Part shown: in pieces, positions 37,739 through 48,501 of the stretch
How positions within the stretch are numbered: position 1 is the stretch's first letter
How the letters are laid out: each line of letters starts with the position of its first letter
NCBI GenBank assembly: GCA_001916775.1
Contig: MNTB01000032.1
Coordinates: 12,108 to 76,107 of the forward strand
Origin: Firmicutes bacterium CAG:321_26_22
GTDB lineage: Bacteria > Bacillota_I > Bacilli_A > RF39 > UBA660
Direction of reading: 5' to 3'
DNA: 64,000 bases
Notes under the pieces: model-generated
Seen by the model: the letters and a program-made list of their open reading frames with translations, nothing else
What the model was told of the DNA's origin: nothing
Databases searched by the model: none
Made by a program: the position numbers and the translations under genes

Positions 37739-38002
37739 TTAGATCATGTATATAGAATTGTCATCTTGATATGTATTACTTGAGGTATTTATTTTTTGTT
37801 CAAGTAATTTTACTCTGTTTTCTAGATTAGTAATTCTATTATTTAATTCTAGTAGGGGATTATTTTGATTAGCAGTTATTTGAGGAAGCATTCCATTATT
37901 TAACATTGCTCCTGGTGGCATTTGATAACCATAATTAGCGTAAGCCATATTACCAGGAATGTTTTGATAATAACCTCCATACATCATATCTCTATCGATC
38001 AT
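37739..38002 (-). CDS. hypothetical Q/N/Y-rich small protein, possibly spore-coat-like
   Basis: 87 aa: MIDRDMMYGGYYQNIPGNMAYANYGYQMPPGAM... with a C-terminal coiled-coil LELNNRITNLENRVKLLEQK. The composition resembles small spore-coat proteins. No firm homology. Confidence 0.35.
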   Translation of the reverse strand: MIDRDMMYGGYYQNIPGNMAYANYGYQMPPGAMLNNGMLPQITANQNNPLLELNNRITNLENRVKLLEQKINTSSNTYQDDNSIYMI

Positions 38003-38083
38003 AATTTTTCCTTTCTTTCTACTTTATTATATGCAAATAATAAAAATAGTGATATAATACTAATATATGAAATGTGGTGAATT

Positions 38084-38722
38084 ATGAGATTAAAAAATAT
38101 TAAAGGTGCAAGTGAGAGGATACTTGAAGGAAAATACTTTATTAATAATCCTAATGAATATAAGGGTAAATGGCATAAATTATTTAATAATAATAATCCA
38201 ATATATATTGAGATTGGTATGGGTAAAGGGAATTTTATTATTAAGAATGCTATAGAAAATCCTAATATTAATTATATTGGAATTGAGATGTATGATTCAG
38301 TTATTTTAAGAGCGGTTGAAAAAACTAATGAGTTAGAATTAAATAATTTATATTTGATTAGGATGGATGCTCGTTTAATTGAAGATGTATTTGATAAAGA
38401 AATTGATTTGATATATTTAAATTTTTCTGATCCATGGCCTAAAGAGAGGCATGCTAAGAGAAGACTTACTAGTACTAGATTTTTAGCTAGATATGATAAT
38501 ATATTTAGAGGAGATAATCATATTATAATGAAGACAGATAATTTAGATTTATTTAATTATTCAGTTGATTCTTTAAAGGAATATGGATATACAATTAATG
38601 AGATTAGTAATGATTTGCATAAAGAAAAAGATAATATTATTACGACAGAATATGAAGATAAATTTACTAGTAAGGGTATGAAAATTAATTATTTTGCCGC
38701 TAGTAAAGTAAGGAGTGATTAA
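38084..38722 (+). CDS. trmB: tRNA (guanine46-N7)-methyltransferase
   Basis: IEIGMGKGNF SAM motif and LNFSDPWPKERHAKRRL TrmB signature. Confidence 0.85.
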   Translation: MRLKNIKGASERILEGKYFINNPNEYKGKWHKLFNNNNPIYIEIGMGKGNFIIKNAIENPNINYIGIEMYDSVILRAVEKTNELELNNLYLIRMDARLIEDVFDKEIDLIYLNFSDPWPKERHAKRRLTSTRFLARYDNIFRGDNHIIMKTDNLDLFNYSVDSLKEYGYTINEISNDLHKEKDNIITTEYEDKFTSKGMKINYFAASKVRSD

Positions 38723-38723
38723 C

Positions 38724-39374
38724 ATGAAGGTGTTTAATAAATTGGATATTAATCCTACGAATATGAATTTATATATGGAAGCTGTAACACATTCTTCTTT
38801 TACTAATGAGAATCCTAATTATCCTGATTATGAAAGATTAGAGTTTTTAGGAGATGCTGTTTTAGAAATTATTATTAGTGAATATTTATATAAAGAAAGA
38901 CATTTAGAAGAAGGAACGATGACTAGAATGAGAGCTTCTTATGTATGTGAAGAGGCTTGTGCTACTTATGCTAAAGAAATTGGACTTGATTTGGATATAA
39001 GAGTTGGTAGTGGGGAAGAGATTAATCAGACAATATTAGCGGATGTCTTTGAAGCCTTTGTAGCGGCCCTTTATCTAGATCAAGGGTTTGAATTTACTAG
39101 AAGTTTTGTATTAAATATAATTTTAAAATATATTGAAAAAGAAGTAGATTTCTTACATGATTATAAAAGTACATTACAAGAATTAGCACAAACAGTAAAA
39201 AAATCAATTATCTATGAAGTAGTAGATGAAGAAGGCCCTGCTCATAATAAAAAATTTACTTCCATAGTTAAAGTAGATGGAATCATTATGGGAAGAGGAA
39301 CTGCTGGTAGTAAGAAAGCATCAGAACAAGAAGCCGCTAAAGATGCATTAAGTAAAAGAGCAGGTATAAAGTAG
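38724..39374 (+). CDS. rnc: ribonuclease III
   Basis: RNase III signature ERLEFLGDAVL and a C-terminal dsRBD (GPAHNKKFTSIVKVDG...GSKKASEQEAAKDAL). ATG 38724 lies 8 nt after AGGAG. Confidence 0.9.
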   Translation: MKVFNKLDINPTNMNLYMEAVTHSSFTNENPNYPDYERLEFLGDAVLEIIISEYLYKERHLEEGTMTRMRASYVCEEACATYAKEIGLDLDIRVGSGEEINQTILADVFEAFVAALYLDQGFEFTRSFVLNIILKYIEKEVDFLHDYKSTLQELAQTVKKSIIYEVVDEEGPAHNKKFTSIVKVDGIIMGRGTAGSKKASEQEAAKDALSKRAGIK

Positions 39375-39382
39375 GAGGAAAA

Positions 39383-39913
39383 ATGAAAATAACAAAAGTA
39401 GTAGTAGGATTATTAGAAGAAAATTGTTATGTCTTAGAAAAAGATAAACAAGTCATAGTAGTAGATCCAGGTGATGAATACGAAAGAATAAAGAAAGTAA
39501 TAGGCCATAAAAAAGTAGCAGGAGTCTTAATAACTCATAATCATTTTGATCATGTTGGAGCTTTAGAAGAATTTGACCCAAATCTAGTATACAAATATGA
39601 TAATTTAGAAGAAGGAGAACATACTATAGGACCATTTAATTTTGAAGTAATATATACTCCTGGTCATACTAAAGATTCAGTAAGTTATTATTTCAAAGAA
39701 GATAATATTTTATTTGATGGTGACTTTGTCTTCTGTTTAGGTATTGGTAGATGTGATTTAGATGATGGCGACTATAAAGAAATGATGCGTAGTATCGAAA
39801 AAATAAAAAAATATCCTAAAGATATGACAATATGTCCAGGACATGGTAATCATACAACATTAGCGTATGAGATGGAAAGAAGCTTATATTTCAAAAGAGG
39901 AAATAATGAATAA
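39383..39913 (+). CDS. MBL-fold metallo-hydrolase
   Basis: HNHFDHVGA (HxHxDH) motif. A downstream His is also present. Confidence 0.7.
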   Translation: MKITKVVVGLLEENCYVLEKDKQVIVVDPGDEYERIKKVIGHKKVAGVLITHNHFDHVGALEEFDPNLVYKYDNLEEGEHTIGPFNFEVIYTPGHTKDSVSYYFKEDNILFDGDFVFCLGIGRCDLDDGDYKEMMRSIEKIKKYPKDMTICPGHGNHTTLAYEMERSLYFKRGNNE

Positions 39914-40373
39914 AGTAGTAGAATTACTTATAAAAAATAATAAAACCATTAGTACTATGGAATCATGTACCGGAGGAGCTCTAGTAAATGCTATTACTAA
40001 TATACCAGGAGCAAGTGAAGTACTTAAATTTAGTGCTGTAACATATTCTAATGAATATAAAATAAAACTAGGGGTAGATAGTAAAATAATTGATAAATAT
40101 ACCGTATATTCAATAGAAACAGCAGATGAAATGAGCAAGGTAATTAGTAATTATACCAATTCCAATTATGGAGTAGGAATAACTGGAAAACTTAGTAGAC
40201 CAGATATAAATAATCCTTATGGAGAAGATAATCTAGTATTTGTAAGTATCTATAACAAAGATAATAATAAATATTATCATAAAGAAATAAAAGTAGATAA
40301 AATAACTAGAGAAGAAAATAAAAATATCATTATAGAAGAAATAATAACCATGTTAATTAATATAATTAATTAG
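39906..40373 (+). CDS. CinA C-terminal domain protein (nicotinamide-nucleotide amidohydrolase PncC-like)
   Basis: MESCTGGALVNAITNIPGAS motif of the CinA/PncC family. ATG 39906 lies 6 nt after AAGAGGA and overlaps the upstream stop. Confidence 0.7.
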   Translation: MNKVVELLIKNNKTISTMESCTGGALVNAITNIPGASEVLKFSAVTYSNEYKIKLGVDSKIIDKYTVYSIETADEMSKVISNYTNSNYGVGITGKLSRPDINNPYGEDNLVFVSIYNKDNNKYYHKEIKVDKITREENKNIIIEEIITMLINIIN

Positions 40374-40381
40374 GTGATAAT

Positions 40382-41068
40382 ATGAAGAAAGTAATTATTG
40401 GCATACTTGGCACTAGTGAATATATGAAGACCAATGATGCCTTTTATGATGTATATAAATATAGTAATAATTATATCAAGAAAATAGTAGAAAATGATGC
40501 CGTGCCACTACTAATACCATTAGTAGATGACAAATTAATAGAAGAAACACTAGATATGTGTGATGGTTTATTATTACCCGGAGGAAGCTATATCAAAGAA
40601 GTAAATTTCAAAGTAATAGATTACTTCTATCAAAGAAAGAAACCTATATTAGGAATATGTATGGGTATGCAAACACTAGCCATGTATTCAGTTAATATAG
40701 AAAATAAAGAAAGAAAAAGAATAATAAAACCAATAGATACCGGAGTAGATCATTGGCCTATTGAAGTAATAAGAAAAAATTTAACTACTTTAGCTCATAA
40801 AGATTATGTTAATGAAGATAGTCTTCTATATAAAATATTAGATCGTAAAGAAATAATAGTAAATAGTCTTCATCATAATACCATAACCGAAGTAGGAAGT
40901 AACTTTAAAGTAGTAGCTCATTCTGAAGATAATTTAATCGAAGCTATTGAATATAATGGTAATGATCGTTTTGTATTAGGAGTACAATTTCATCCTGAAG
41001 TATTACCACAATATAATAATATATTTAAAGCTTTTATAAATAGATGTAAAGATGATATCTCTATGTAG
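40382..41068 (+). CDS. class I glutamine amidotransferase-like / peptidase C26 (gamma-glutamyl hydrolase) family protein
   Basis: Nucleophile elbow GICMGMQ and SLHHN catalytic His context. Confidence 0.7.
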   Translation: MKKVIIGILGTSEYMKTNDAFYDVYKYSNNYIKKIVENDAVPLLIPLVDDKLIEETLDMCDGLLLPGGSYIKEVNFKVIDYFYQRKKPILGICMGMQTLAMYSVNIENKERKRIIKPIDTGVDHWPIEVIRKNLTTLAHKDYVNEDSLLYKILDRKEIIVNSLHHNTITEVGSNFKVVAHSEDNLIEAIEYNGNDRFVLGVQFHPEVLPQYNNIFKAFINRCKDDISM

Positions 41069-41247
41069 ATATCTCTTTTATTATATCCTCTAAAGTCTGG
41101 GTCTTTAGAGGTTAACTAAAGACTTAATTAAGTCTTTAGTTAAGATATCAACCATATCTATTATATATTAGTTATTACTATATACTAAGTAGATATTGTT
41201 TTGCATTTAAAAAAATGATATACTTAATATGATAGAAGGGATGAGAT

Positions 41248-41919
41248 ATGAATTTAAAAGGTATTTTAGATATTAATAAAACAATAAGTAAAGATTTATT
41301 TAAAGAAACAAATTATCCTTGGGAGGTATTACCATATATAAAAGATTATATTATTACTTTAGGTAATAATCTTGATAAAGATAATTATACCGAAATAGAA
41401 GACCATATCTGGGTAGGAAGTAATGTAGAAATAGATAAGTTATCTACGATTATAGCCCCATGTATAATAGATGATAACACTATAATAAGACCAGGAGCAT
41501 ATATAAGAGGAAATGCTATTATAGGAAAAAATTGTGCAATAGGAAATAGTACTGAGATAAAGAATGCTATTATTTTTGATAATTGTCAGCTACCACATTA
41601 TAACTATATAGGAGATTCTATCTTAGGATATCACGTTCATTTAGGAGCAGGGGTAATACTTAGTAATTTAAAGAATGATGGTACAAACATTGATATCAAA
41701 TATAAAGGTAAGAAGGTATCTACTGGTATGAGAAAAATGGGTTCTGTAATAGGAGACTCTACTGAAGTAGGATGTAATAGTGTATTATATCCAGGTACTA
41801 TTATTGGTAAGAATACTAATATTTATCCTTTAACTAGAGTAAGAGGTATAATAAATAGTAATAGTATAGTAAAAGATGAAAATACAGTAGTAGATAAAGA
41901 GTTAAATTATGCTAAATAA
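41248..41919 (+). CDS. hexapeptide-repeat (left-handed beta-helix) acyltransferase family protein
   Basis: Repeated [LIV]GxxxxI hexapeptides (IGKNCAIGNSTEIKNAIIFDNCQL..., VIGDSTEVGCNSVLYPGTIIGKN). Confidence 0.6.
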   Translation: MNLKGILDINKTISKDLFKETNYPWEVLPYIKDYIITLGNNLDKDNYTEIEDHIWVGSNVEIDKLSTIIAPCIIDDNTIIRPGAYIRGNAIIGKNCAIGNSTEIKNAIIFDNCQLPHYNYIGDSILGYHVHLGAGVILSNLKNDGTNIDIKYKGKKVSTGMRKMGSVIGDSTEVGCNSVLYPGTIIGKNTNIYPLTRVRGIINSNSIVKDENTVVDKELNYAK

Positions 41920-42589
41920 AAAAATTAATAGATTATACATAGCATTTTTAATAATTGGTATTACTATTACTTCAATTGGTTTATATGCAGCTATTAAAAC
42001 GTTAGATAATAGTAACAAAGTGGATACTATAGGTACAATAACCTCTATAGTAAGCACTTCTAATGATACTCCTGTTGTATATGTTACTTATAATGTTGAT
42101 GGTAAAAGATATACCTCAGTAATGCGTGGTTACTCAAGTACCTTTTATGAAGGTAAAAAGATAGACATATATTATATGAAGAATGATCCTAATATCATAG
42201 GAAATAAGAAATTAGAATTATTAATTTTATTACTTCCTTTTATAGGCCTTATTTTCCTATTAATTGGAGGTATAAATATATTTAAAATAATAAGTAATAA
42301 AAAGAAAAAAGAAAGATTAATAAAAACTGGTATTAAGATAGAGGCTACTTATATTGAGACTAATACTAACTTTAATTTAAGAGTATTAGGAAGAAATCCA
42401 AGTAATATAATATGTGAATATGATGATCCAATAAGCAAAAATACATATAGATTTAAAAGTGAAAGATTATGGTATGATCCAACATTATATATAGGTGATA
42501 ATGATATATATACTTTTAATGTATATGTAAATAAAGATAATATGAAAGACTATTATGTTGATATAGAAAAATTAATAGATAAGGAGTAA
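41909..42589 (+). CDS. membrane protein (DUF3592-like topology), hypothetical
   Basis: Two TM helices flanking a beta-rich segment. Confidence 0.45.
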   Translation: MLNKKINRLYIAFLIIGITITSIGLYAAIKTLDNSNKVDTIGTITSIVSTSNDTPVVYVTYNVDGKRYTSVMRGYSSTFYEGKKIDIYYMKNDPNIIGNKKLELLILLLPFIGLIFLLIGGINIFKIISNKKKKERLIKTGIKIEATYIETNTNFNLRVLGRNPSNIICEYDDPISKNTYRFKSERLWYDPTLYIGDNDIYTFNVYVNKDNMKDYYVDIEKLIDKE

Positions 42590-42591
42590 TT

Positions 42592-43644
42592 ATGGCTACA
42601 ATTAAAGAATATTTAAAATATTATAAAAGTTTAACTTTTAGTGAATGTAAATTAAATATAAATGATGTATTATTATTTACTGAATTATCCTATATAGATT
42701 GGCATAATATTGTACCTGAAGATAATAATAAAATAACCCTAAAAGAAGCTTTTAATATTTATCAAAAGACTAAGAATGTTTACTTAAGTACTTTTATGAA
42801 GGGTAATATTGCCAATCTAAAAGATATTTATACAAGTACTAGATATAAAGATATATATCTAAGTAACTATAAAGAATATGTCGATAACGAAAAACAATTC
42901 GGAGCACTCAAAATACATTTTGATAATAAAGTATTTATTTCCTATAAAGGAACTAATGGAACAATCATAGGGTGGAAAGAAGACTTTACTTTAGGTTATC
43001 ATTTTCCAATTATATCTCAAAAGTACGCTATTAATTATTTAAATGAAGTAATAACAAGTGAAGATAAAGAAATATATATTGGAGGTCACTCTAAAGGAGG
43101 CAATCTTGCTATGACATCTTCAATGTATTGTAATAATGATATCTTTAAAAGAATAAAAACTATATATAATTTAGATGGTCCTGGTTTTAGAGAAAAAGAC
43201 TTAAATGATAACTTCAAAAAGATATTACCTAAACTACAAATATATATACCTGAAGATAGTATTATTGGTATGCTTCTATATAGTACTAATAATAAAAAAA
43301 TAGTAAAATCAAATACCTCAGGTATTATGACTCATGATATTAATACTTGGTTATGTTTTGGTCAGTTTCTAGAAAAAGGTAAACAATCTAAACTAAGTAT
43401 TAAAATAGATAATCGTATTAAAGAGTGGAATAAAAATTATACTGATAAAGAATTAGAAGTAATGATAACCTCTATCTTTAATGTATTTGAAAAAAATAAC
43501 ATTAAAAGTTTTAGAGAACTAAAAAAATTAAAATGGAATCAAATAGTAGGTATGATTAATGAAGTAAATGATATAGATGACGAAACTAAGAAACTATATT
43601 CTGAAACTATTAAAGATTTAATATGGTTAAACAATAAGAAATAA
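42592..43644 (+). CDS. alpha/beta-hydrolase (lipase class-3 / Mbeg1-like) protein
   Basis: GxSxG nucleophile elbow IGGHSKGGNLA. Confidence 0.55.
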   Translation: MATIKEYLKYYKSLTFSECKLNINDVLLFTELSYIDWHNIVPEDNNKITLKEAFNIYQKTKNVYLSTFMKGNIANLKDIYTSTRYKDIYLSNYKEYVDNEKQFGALKIHFDNKVFISYKGTNGTIIGWKEDFTLGYHFPIISQKYAINYLNEVITSEDKEIYIGGHSKGGNLAMTSSMYCNNDIFKRIKTIYNLDGPGFREKDLNDNFKKILPKLQIYIPEDSIIGMLLYSTNNKKIVKSNTSGIMTHDINTWLCFGQFLEKGKQSKLSIKIDNRIKEWNKNYTDKELEVMITSIFNVFEKNNIKSFRELKKLKWNQIVGMINEVNDIDDETKKLYSETIKDLIWLNNKK

Positions 43645-43779
43645 AGATAATTAGAAACCGTTTTGTTAAAAGCGGTTTTTATTATGAAAGTTCACTAATT
43701 TTACAATATTTCGATTTTAGTAATTTACTTCTCTATGTATTAATGATATAATATACAATTACAAGGAGAGTTGATTAAA

Positions 43780-44475
43780 ATGGAATATAATATTTATTGT
43801 GATGAGAGTTGTCATTTAAAAAGTAACAATAGTAAATATATGTTAATTGGAGCAATATATTGTCCCAAAATAAAAGTTAAAGAAATTAATAATTATATAA
43901 AAAAATTAAAAGAAAATTATAATCTTTCAAATAATATAGAATTAAAATGGAATAAGATTGATAAAAAGACAGAAAATCTATATTTAGATATTATTGATTA
44001 TTTTTTTAACAATAATGATTTAAAATTTAGAGTTATGGTTATTGATAAAGAAAGATTAAATCATAAAAAATATAATCAAACTGAAAATGACTTTTATCAT
44101 AAAGCTTATTACGAAATGTTAAAGTATATAATTAATAGAAATAATTCATATAATATTTATCCTGATATAAAAGATACTAATTCGTATTATTATCATCAAG
44201 TAATGCTTAATTATCTAAAAATCAAAATATTAGATACAAATAATGAAATCATAAAAAAAGTTCAACCAATTAAATCTTACGAAGCTCCGATATTACAGAT
44301 TAATGATATTTTGATTGGAGCTCTATCATATAGTTATAGAAAATTGTCGGATAATGATGCAAAATTAAATATAATAAAAAAAATTGATAGTCTATATCCT
44401 GATAATTTAGATGAAACATCATACAGTGAGAAATTTAATATATTCATGTGGAAGCCTAGAAATGACATTAGTTAA
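43780..44475 (+). CDS. DUF3800-like protein (hypothetical)
   Basis: N-terminal MEYNIYCDESCH (YxDES motif). C-terminal LQINDILIGALSY. Very AT-rich. Confidence 0.4.
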   Translation: MEYNIYCDESCHLKSNNSKYMLIGAIYCPKIKVKEINNYIKKLKENYNLSNNIELKWNKIDKKTENLYLDIIDYFFNNNDLKFRVMVIDKERLNHKKYNQTENDFYHKAYYEMLKYIINRNNSYNIYPDIKDTNSYYYHQVMLNYLKIKILDTNNEIIKKVQPIKSYEAPILQINDILIGALSYSYRKLSDNDAKLNIIKKIDSLYPDNLDETSYSEKFNIFMWKPRNDIS

Positions 44476-44974
44476 GAATAAGTGTTGCTTAAATGGTCCT
44501 TTACCATATACTACTACTAATGATGAACTGTATGATTACTTTATTAAAAATATATACTATGGTGATTTAAAGATTAATGGGATGAAAATAAAGGTTTTTA
44601 CTACTCCTGTTGAAGATAATAGAATACAAGGATATTTTCATTTAACAACTAAAACAAAAAAAGATTTTGGTATAAAAATCAGAATGAAAGAAAAAAGAGC
44701 CTATTTTATAAACTATATTGTTCCCATGATAAATAACTATTTAAGATGTTCTGATTGTAAAAATTTAGAATGTAATAAAATAAAAGTTTGGACTGCACCA
44801 TATAAAAACACAAAAAGAACAAAATTATTATATAGCGATGAATTGTATAGTTATATAATTATTTTAGAAAAAAATAAGAATGATATGTATATTGTTAGTT
44901 CATATCTAATCGATGAACCAGGTTATTTAGAAAATGTATTAAAAGAATATAATAAATATAAAAAAGTTTCTTAA
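44462..44974 (+). CDS. hypothetical protein, partner of the DUF3800-like gene
   Basis: ORF overlapping the upstream gene by 14 nt. No recognised motif. A hairpin plus T-run follows near 45150-45185. Confidence 0.35.
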   Translation: MTLVKNKCCLNGPLPYTTTNDELYDYFIKNIYYGDLKINGMKIKVFTTPVEDNRIQGYFHLTTKTKKDFGIKIRMKEKRAYFINYIVPMINNYLRCSDCKNLECNKIKVWTAPYKNTKRTKLLYSDELYSYIIILEKNKNDMYIVSSYLIDEPGYLENVLKEYNKYKKVS

Positions 44975-45246
44975 CTATTGATTAAGAAACTTTTAAATCT
45001 AAATAAACGGATAGCGCAACTAATAAATAGTTACGCCTCCAGGACTCATATAACCCTTGGTCATTGAGTAATTAAATTGTAACACAAATCGTACTCAATG
45101 TCAATGCTTTATAGATTTTTAAATTAAACAATAAGAAATAGTTAACTAGCAAGAGAGAAATATCTCCCTTGTTTTTTATTATGATTAATGATAAAATAAT
45201 CTATGTGAAGAAATAATAACTTATATAAAAAGAAATGAGGAATATT

Positions 45247-47199
45247 ATGTTTAAATTAGTATCAAAATATAAACCAAGTGGTGATCAACCAGAAGCAATA
45301 AAAGAATTAGTCCAAGGAATAAAAGAAGGTAAGAAAGAACAAGTCTTACTAGGAGCAACAGGTACAGGTAAAACATTTACTATTGCTAATGTAATAGAAA
45401 AAACAAATAAACCTACCTTAGTACTAGCCCATAATAAAACACTTGCAGGACAATTATATAACGAATTAAAAGAACTATTTCCTGAGAATAGAGTAGAGTA
45501 TTTTGTATCTTATTATGATTACTACCAACCAGAAGCCTATGTACCTAGTACTGATACCTATATAGAAAAAGATTCATCAATTAATGATGAAATAGATGAA
45601 TTAAGACATAGTGCTACTTCAGCCTTAATATCAAGAAGAGATGTCATAGTAGTAGCCTCAGTATCGTGTATCTATGGAATAGGAGAAATAGAAGAATATA
45701 AAAAGAAGATGTTAACTCTTACTGTTGGAGATACTATAGATAGAGATATAATATTAAAAAAATTAATAGAAATGTTATATGAAAGAAATGATATTGATTT
45801 AAAAAGAGGAACCTTTAGAGTAAGAGGAGATTCACTAGAAATAGTACCAGCCTATGAAAGAACAAATGGTTTATTAATAGAGTGGTTTGGAGATGAAATA
45901 GATCGAATAAGTGAAGTAGATACCATTACTGGTCATATCTTAAAAGATAAAAAGACTGTATCCATATTTGCAGCTTCTCACTTTGTAACTGATGAAGAAA
46001 GATTAAAGATAAGTATAGAGAGAATAAATAAAGAAAAAGAAGAAAGAGTAAAATACTTTAAAGAGAATAATAAATTAATTGAAGCGCAAAGAATTGAAGA
46101 AAGAGTAAATTATGATATGGAGATGTTATCAGAAACAGGCTTTTGTCGTGGTATTGAGAATTATTCAAGACATATAGCACTAAAAGGAGAAGGAGAGTCT
46201 CCAAATACCTTAATAGATTTCTTTCCTAAAGATTTCTTACTCGTAATAGACGAATCCCATGTAACATTACCTCAAGTAAGAGCTATGTATAATGGCGATA
46301 GAGCTAGAAAAATGAACTTAGTAGACTATGGTTTTAGATTACCTAGTGCTCTTGATAATAGACCATTAAAATTTGAAGAATTTACTAAAAAATTAAATGA
46401 TGTAATCTATGTAAGTGCTACTCCTGGAGACTATGAAATGGAGAGAGTAAATAACAAAGTAGTAGAACAAATAATTAGACCAACTGGACTATTAGATCCA
46501 TTAATAGAAGTAAGACCAACCAAAAATCAAATAGATAACCTAGTTGAAGAAATAAATAAACAAATAGAAAAGAATGAACGAACATTAATTACAACATTAA
46601 CAATTAGAATGGCCGAAGAATTAACTAACTATCTAAAGAGTCTAGATATTAAAGTAGCTTATTTACATAGTGAAGTAAAGACTTTAGAAAGATTAAAAAT
46701 AATAAGAGACTTAAGACTAGGTAAATATGATGTAGTAGTAGGAATAAACCTATTAAGAGAAGGAATAGATATACCAGAAGTAAGTCTAATAGCCATTATG
46801 GATGCTGATAAACAAGGCTTCTTAAGAAGTACTAGAAGTCTAATTCAGACAATAGGAAGAGCGGCCCGTAATAGTAGTGGAAGAGTTATTATGTATGCTG
46901 ATATTATTTCTGATAGCATGAATGAAGCTATTACTGAAACAGAAAGAAGAAGAAGCATCCAAGAAAAATATAATAAAGAACATGGTATTATACCTAAAAC
47001 AATTATTAAAGATATACCTGAAGTTATTTCTAATGAGACAGAAAAGAAAGTTGAAAAAGAATCTAAATTAAGTAAGAAAGAAAAATTAGATTTAATAGAT
47101 AGTCTTACTAAAGAGATGAAAAGTGCTGCCTCTAACTTAGATTTTGAAAGAGCTATGGAACTTAGAGATATTATCTTTGATTTAGAAAATGATAAATAA
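45247..47199 (+). CDS. uvrB: excinuclease ABC subunit B
   Basis: [18 protein letters not shown], Walker A GATGTGKT, helicase motifs, C-terminal UVR domain [12 protein letters not shown]. Confidence 0.95.
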   Translation: MFKLVSKYKPSGDQPEAIKELVQGIKEGKKEQVLLGATGTGKTFTIANVIEKTNKPTLVLAHNKTLAGQLYNELKELFPENRVEYFVSYYDYYQPEAYVPSTDTYIEKDSSINDEIDELRHSATSALISRRDVIVVASVSCIYGIGEIEEYKKKMLTLTVGDTIDRDIILKKLIEMLYERNDIDLKRGTFRVRGDSLEIVPAYERTNGLLIEWFGDEIDRISEVDTITGHILKDKKTVSIFAASHFVTDEERLKISIERINKEKEERVKYFKENNKLIEAQRIEERVNYDMEMLSETGFCRGIENYSRHIALKGEGESPNTLIDFFPKDFLLVIDESHVTLPQVRAMYNGDRARKMNLVDYGFRLPSALDNRPLKFEEFTKKLNDVIYVSATPGDYEMERVNNKVVEQIIRPTGLLDPLIEVRPTKNQIDNLVEEINKQIEKNERTLITTLTIRMAEELTNYLKSLDIKVAYLHSEVKTLERLKIIRDLRLGKYDVVVGINLLREGIDIPEVSLIAIMDADKQGFLRSTRSLIQTIGRAARNSSGRVIMYADIISDSMNEAITETERRRSIQEKYNKEHGIIPKTIIKDIPEVISNETEKKVEKESKLSKKEKLDLIDSLTKEMKSAASNLDFERAMELRDIIFDLENDK

Positions 47200-47437
47200 A
47201 TATATACAGAAGACTATTAATTAGTTTTCTTTTTTTTGTTTTTTTCATAAATGAGGTAAAAATTAAAAATAAAAGTGTATTAATATATGAAGGAGGTAAT
47301 TAAATAATAATTTTATAGTAAAAGACTATGTATTTAGTCTTTTTATGGTGAATTGATATCTAAAAATAGCTAGTTTTGTCGAATAGGTATTCAAATATAA
47401 ATAATTGTGTTAAATTATTAAAGGAAGGTGAAAAAAA

Positions 47438-47746
47438 TTGCTTAAGACAAATATGGAATTTAGAAAGGGAATTCTTTTTATTAGGTTAAAAGGTGATTTG
47501 AATAGAAATACCATTAAAGGAGTAATTGATAAAGATTTTAAATATGTTGTACTTAATATTGATGATATGTATTCAATAGACAGTTATAGTATCAAATATC
47601 TAAATAAAATATATAGGCTATATGAAAATAATAATAATAAATTTATTATTTGTGATAAATTTAATGTGTCTAGAAAATTACTTAAAGATATCCCTAAAAT
47701 AAATAGAGAGTATGATGCTTTTAAATTGTTTGAGAGGATGATTTAA
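47438..47746 (+). CDS. STAS-domain anti-sigma-factor antagonist (SpoIIAA/RsbV-like)
   Basis: LFIRLKGDLNRNT...VVLNIDDMYSIDSYSIKYL has the phosphorylatable Ser context (D-S). TTG start 8 nt after AAGGAAGGTG. Its stop overlaps the ATG of the following sigma gene. Confidence 0.6.
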   Translation: MLKTNMEFRKGILFIRLKGDLNRNTIKGVIDKDFKYVVLNIDDMYSIDSYSIKYLNKIYRLYENNNNKFIICDKFNVSRKLLKDIPKINREYDAFKLFERMI

Positions 47747-48414
47747 TGAATAAGTATGAGGAGATTATTAAAGTAAATAGTGGTCTTATTTATATGATTA
47801 TGAATAAATATTTTAAGGGTTATGATAAAGATGATTTATATCAAGTTGGTGTAATAGGAGTTATTAAAGCTTATAATAATTATAAGAATGATCATAATAC
47901 TAAATTTTCTACATATGCTTTTAAATATATTTATGGAGAGATGTATAATTATATAAATAATATTAAAAGTATTAAAGTTTCTAATGAATATATAAGTCTT
48001 TATAAAAAAATATGTACTGCAAGTAATATACTTAGTCAGAAATTAATGAAGGAACCTTCGGTTAATGAACTAGCGATGTTTTTAGAAGTTAATCCACTTA
48101 TTATAGATAATGTTATTAAGGCTATGAATAAAGTTGATAGTTTGGAAAAAATAATATCTAATGATGGTAAAGATTTATCTTTATTAGATACTATTAGGGA
48201 TAATAGAGACTTCTATAACATTGATTATATGTTATTAAATGATGAAATAAGTAAATTAGAAAGTCCTTATAAGGAACTTATATATTTAAGGTATTTTGAA
48301 GATAAAACACAAAGTGAAGTAGCGGATATTTTGGGCATGAATCAAGTAGAAGTGTCACGTAGAGAGAGGAAAACTTTAAAGAAAATAAAAGATGTTTATC
48401 AAAATGTGGTTTAA
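47746..48414 (+). CDS. RNA polymerase sigma factor, SigF/SigG/SigB-like
   Basis: Region 2 DLYQVGVIGVIKAYNNYKNDHNTKFSTYAFKYIYGEMYNY resembles the SigF FSTYAVPMIIGEI motif. Region 4 is TQSEVADILGMNQVEVSRRERKTLKKI. Confidence 0.75.
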   Translation: MNKYEEIIKVNSGLIYMIMNKYFKGYDKDDLYQVGVIGVIKAYNNYKNDHNTKFSTYAFKYIYGEMYNYINNIKSIKVSNEYISLYKKICTASNILSQKLMKEPSVNELAMFLEVNPLIIDNVIKAMNKVDSLEKIISNDGKDLSLLDTIRDNRDFYNIDYMLLNDEISKLESPYKELIYLRYFEDKTQSEVADILGMNQVEVSRRERKTLKKIKDVYQNVV

Positions 48415-48501
48415 ATAAGCATTTTTTATTAAAAATGTAACCAAATGGTTTACATAAAAATTTTTCTTTTTGTGAGACAATAAGATTACAGGTGATATCT
48501 T

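Noticed and set aside
45062-45100. Inverted repeat CATTGAGTA-N21-TACTCAATG ~150 nt upstream of uvrB as a possible LexA/SOS box
   Set aside because: It does not match the Firmicutes Cheo/LexA consensus (CGAACRNRYGTTCG / GAAC-N4-GTTC), and no GAAC..GTTC pair is present before uvrB. It is recorded only as an unexplained palindrome.
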